A stretch of 64,000 bases of DNA from Eledone cirrhosa. Taxonomy: Eukaryota. The stretch spans positions 48,546,001 to 48,610,000 of the forward strand of contig OZ024750.1 in the NCBI GenBank assembly GCA_964016885.1. Direction: 5' to 3'. Below are positions 59,512 to 64,000 of the stretch, in pieces. Made by a program: the position numbers and the translations under genes. The notes below the pieces were generated by a model, which worked only from the letters and a program-made list of their open reading frames with translations, made no database searches and was not told the origin of the DNA. Position 1 is the stretch's first letter; every line of letters starts with the position of its first letter.

Positions 59512-59928
59512 ATTTGGTTCCTTTACCGGTTTCGCAGTTCTTCTGCTTTTCAAAACCAGAGTTGAGATGGAGGGCCTGTGGTTTTTCTCACATTTGGTTG
59601 GTCTCTGAATGTTACTTGTTTTATATGGAAAAAGTGGCTCGAAATGCCAGGTTCTTCGAGAAGTAATTTGATTGGTTGGTCAACCGTGGTCAACCGTGTA
59701 TGACCAACCAATCAAATTACTTCTCGAAAACCCTGGCATTTCGAGCCACTTTTTCCATATAAAACAAGTAACATTCAGAGACCAACCAGATGTGAGAAAA
59801 ACCACAGACCCTCCATCTCAACTCTACTTTTGAAAAGCAGAAGAACTGCGAAACCGGTAAAGGAACCAAATAAATATATATATATTTTTTTTAATAAGAC
59901 TCCAGTTGCATTTTCGTTTTCATCTTTA
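59512..59928. mobile_element. Fold-back pair of Neptune-PLE 3' ends with two U3:A8 HHRs
   Basis: 59512-59683 is the reverse complement of 59701-59873; HHR at 59827-59862 (+) and ~59521-59556 (-). Confidence 0.78.
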
Positions 59929-60185
59929 TATATATACGGGATAACAAATTATTGTTATAGTTAGTGCAATTACATGTAGTCCAGTTAGCGACGCAAGTTG
60001 GGATTGACGCCAAAATAGGCGGGTAGCGATCTCTAGACCTACCAGATCAGAGAAACAAGTGTCAGCAATGTGAATAAAGCCCTTATTGTATAGCAAACCA
60101 TGTCAATCTTCTTTCTTGATTTATTATTGACTACCATGACTGAAAGTTAACCATCTAATATGTCAGGGTATGTCATGCATCATCT

Positions 60186-60252
60186 TATTTTATCTGATGA
60201 GGACGTACTGTTGAACTTAACTCAGTACCTCTGAAATACGTATAATAAAATA
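60186..60252 (+). ncRNA. Type I hammerhead, relative of the 6803 motif, in a ~60090-60300 3'-end fragment
   Basis: TATTTTAT-CTGATGA-GGAcGTACTG..CAGTACcTCT-GAAA-TACGTA-TA-ATAAAATA. Confidence 0.8.
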
Positions 60253-60302
60253 TACTTGATCACAAGAATATCTATTTTGTTATTATTTTGAATTAATTCA
60301 TA

Positions 60303-60337
<35 letters not shown>

Positions 60338-60745
60338 CCGCGTCTTCTAAGATAAGTATCTCGATGTGTATCTGTGTGGCATATAAGAATGATCTAATAC
60401 GATGTACTTTTAAGAAAATCAATTACCATACATACAAAATAAACGCCTGTGCAATAGATAGTTGTACAACTATAGATATAGACATAGTTATATACGCAGA
60501 CACATATAGCCACACGTGCACACGCACACACATACGCACACACACATACACACACATATATATATATATATATATGTGACGGCATTTATGTATGCATGTG
60601 TTTGTATGGACATGTATATGGACATGTATACTGAGACAAACTGGTTAATGACGTGTTTATGCACTTGGTCTTATGTATGTATATATATATATGTGTGTAT
60701 CTGTGTGTATATATGTGTGTGTGTGAGTGTGTGTGTTCTAGTTTG

Positions 60746-60844
<99 letters not shown>

Positions 60845-61140
60845 CTAGTTTGAAGTAGACTTTTAATTAGTAAATATTTAATTATTTAATCAGTTAATTG
60901 ATTTCGTAACATCTTTCACGGTGGATATGAGGCTTATTGAATTAGTTCGGTAAATGTGATTAACGTGTTTTATATGATCTATATCCGCTATTTGCGTATG
61001 TAATTATGTGCGTGTGTGTTAAATATATGCCGGTTATTTCCTGTTTGTGAAATAGAGCTATGTCTATTTGTAATTACTTGTTTATTTATTTCTTTATTGG
61101 TGCAGACGCAGTTTGTGTTTGTGTGTTGTTAGTCGACGAT

Positions 61141-61222
<82 letters not shown>

Positions 61223-61360
61223 GTATATATATATATGTATATATATATATAAACATTGCAGGTTATCAATAATGTAGAGATAATATATCGTTACGTTAGA
61301 GATGAACAGCGTACGTGTAGGTTTGTTCAACGAGTATAAATTATATTCCGGAGAAAATGT

Positions 61361-63720
61361 AGAAAAGATGAATATAAAATGAAAGTGCTTTTTTTAAAAA
61401 AAAAGGGAATTTATTAGGTATTGACATATGTTTCTGTAACAGACGGACTACCTATGTATAGCTGCTTGCGTAATCATATAATGTTAGCAAGTATTCGATA
61501 GCAAATGTATAATCAGTTGTCACTTCTTCAGAGATTTTGGATAAATTGGAAAAAATCAGAAAAATTGAAGTATTTATATTAGTTGTAATAGAGGAAGAAG
61601 AGAGGGGATAGTATATGACAGATGGTAATTCAATTTACTGCTAAACAAGTATATAAAGGGTTTCTAATGAGTATACAATGAGTAAATGGTTTATTTTATC
61701 TAAATAAGAATTTTTGGGAGTGCCTATTTTAATCTATACTTGACCAATTGAACAATGGACAGGGCTGAATAACATCAATGCTAGTAGCCAGCTGGTATAT
61801 GCATTAGGGAATTGAATTAAGAAATCTCATTTTATCTATAGCAGTTTATATTAAATGGTAAATAATAGAAGAATTGATAGAATTAAGACTAATAGAGAAT
61901 GTTATGTATTTTGACAATCAAACGGAGATGGAAACAGGCTTTCAATCCTGGTAGTATTTGTAATATGAAAATGTAGATTTTAAGCGATGGTTACAGTATA
62001 ACGATCGCTCTATTCTGTTATTTAATGAAATGTTTTTGGATTTCATAATACAAAATAATTCCATATTACATAATTTACAAAATTCCTGTCCGTGGGATAA
62101 TGGAGGGGCAGACGCTACTATATCCCATTTTAGGTTAAATTGTTGGTTATTTTCACGCAGCTGCCAAGCCTTGTCTGCGAGTCTTGGTACATAACGCTGG
62201 TTTTCATGTTTTATCGAGTAACGATGTCTATAAAGACGTGATTTGAAGGAGGTGGCTGTAGATCCCACATAGTACCACTTCTGTCTATCCGATTCGATAG
62301 TACATTTGTATATTATGTTGCGTTCAAGACACTGATTGCTCAACGGACAGATTCCTGGTTGGACACAGTTACAGTTATAATTTTGCGTTGTTGTATTGCC
62401 AAGGATGGGTTGATGAGGTTGCTTAGGTAGGACAGGATGTTGTTTGTTGTTTTGTGATGTTATAGCTAATGTGTTACGTGTATTGCTATGTGTTGGAAGG
62501 CGTTTATACAACCGTTTTCCGTTAAGCTTTTTATATGTTGTTCAATATTAGGGGCGGTTGAATATGAAAGTCGAATAGTGTTAGGGTTTAAGATTTTATT
62601 ATATTTATGTGATGTTGGAAAGTGTTTTTTAACTAATCGAAAGAATTGTGAGGGTAGATTGGTTTTAATAGAGTTGTTATAGACCGTGTTGTACCATATA
62701 TACTCTTTACATCGCCTTCTGTTTGGTGGTGTGCGAATATTATTGTGTCTATTGCGGTAGTGTATGTATGGTGGTGATTCTGTGCTATTTCTATCCCTAT
62801 GGGATTTATTTTGGGTGTTTTGGTGATCTTCGACTATATACTCTATATTATCTAGGTGTGCGGCCTTCCTAAGTGCATCATCATAATATTCGGCATGTTC
62901 TTTGAAGGTTTGTTGGTTGGACAACAGGCGGGAGATTCTAAGAGAAAGATTTCTAGGGATGGATTTAATTATAGAGAGTGGATGGTTAGAACTCGTATTT
63001 ACATATTAGTGATCGTTATACTGTAACCATCGCTTAAAATCTACATTTTCATATTACAAATACTTCCAGGATTGAACGCCTGTCTCCATCTCCGTTTGAT
63101 TGTCAAAATATATAACATTCTCTATTAGTCTTAATTCTATCAACTCTTCTATTATTTACCATATAATATAAACTGCTATAGATAAAATGAGATTTCTTAA
63201 TTCAATTCCCTAATGCATATACCAGCTGGCTACTAGTATTGATGTTATTCAGTAGCAGCCGAAATCTCCCCTTCCTTAATTGACACTTTATAATTAATAC
63301 TACTACATCAAATGACCAGCCCTGTCCATTGTTCAATTGGTCAAGTATAGATTAAAATAGGCACTCCGCAAAATTCTTATTTAGATAAAATAAACCATTT
63401 ACTCATTGTATTCTCATTAGAAACCCTTTATATACTTGTTTAGCAGTAAATTGAATTACCATCTGTCGTATACTATCCCCTCTCTTCTTCCTCTATTACA
63501 ACTAATATAAATACTTCAATGTTTCTGATTTTTTCCAATTTATCCAAAATCTCTGAAGAAGTGACAACTGATTATACATTTGCTGTCGAATACTTGCTAA
63601 CATTATATGATTACGCAAGCAGCGATACATAGGTATTCCGTCTGTTACAGAAACATATGGCAATACCTAATAAATTCCCTTTTTTTTAAAAAAAAGCACA
63701 TTCATTTTATATTCATCTTT

Positions 63721-63723
<3 letters not shown>
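61361..63723 (-). mobile_element. 5'-truncated Naiad-type PLE (thumb, linker, GIY-YIG) with inverted 3' copy (61361-62006 vs 63011-63723)
   Basis: YYDDALRKA, IWYN..KKHFP..NTIRLSYST, CNC..CPLSNQCL..IIYKC..YVGST..CKLC..CNH. Confidence 0.87.
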
Positions 63724-63763
<40 letters not shown>

Positions 63764-63764
63764 T

Positions 63765-64000
63765 GGTAAAAAGGAAAAGAAAATGCTGACAAATTGTTCC
63801 CAGTGAAAAATAGTTTAATTAGGAATAAGTAAAAATTAGTAATAGTATTGTTTAGTATTCAGTTTTGGCTTTAATTTTTACCGGTTGCGCATTTCTAATG
63901 CTTTTCAAAAATAATTTTGAGATAGAGCGCCCGTGATGTTTGCTCTAATCTGATTAGTTTTGGAAATTCTACCTGTTTCATGTAAAAAAAAGTGGCTCCA
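63765..64000 (-). mobile_element. Diverged Neptune-PLE 3' end (other subfamily), runs off the window
   Basis: TTTACCGGTTGCGCATTTCTAATGCTTTTCAAAA..TTGAGATAGAG..AAAAAGTGGCTC parallels 59520-59640. Confidence 0.6.

Noticed and set aside
57141-62511. Selenocysteine (in-frame TGA + SECIS), known from some Naiad PLEs
   Set aside because: The conserved Cys positions in both endonuclease ORFs are ordinary Cys codons, and I saw no convincing SECIS in the 3' UTRs.
63553-63600. HHR in the last Naiad 3' UTR (CTGAAGA..GAAT); similar weak hits near 19490, 37715, 42243, 54655 and 59167
   Set aside because: Core or stems are incomplete, so these were not counted as ribozymes.

Overview
This is AT-rich, repeat-saturated eukaryotic DNA with no host protein-coding gene that I can support. 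The tRNA-head/Meta-domain SINE points to an octopod cephalopod (inference). Most ORFs in the track are microsatellite artefacts. The window contains about 13 MetaSINE copies, a Chapaev3 DNA transposon (CAC..GTG ends, TTA TSD), a degenerate CRE-clade LINE with an N-terminal PHD finger, several RTE-type LINE fragments, a non-autonomous Helitron, three Naiad-type and one Neptune-type Penelope-like element (PLE) fragments, and MITEs. The main signal is that many of the small repeats inside (TA)n tracts carry a type I hammerhead ribozyme (HHR) motif. I read about 25 motifs, intact or decayed, from roughly 10 families. They occur as fold-back (inverted) pairs or 320-470 bp tandem units, as in retrozymes and non-autonomous PLEs. 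One family combines the HHR with a conserved octamer (ATGCAAAT) plus TATA-like module and a fixed (TA)n junction. All calls were made by eye, and element boundaries are approximate.
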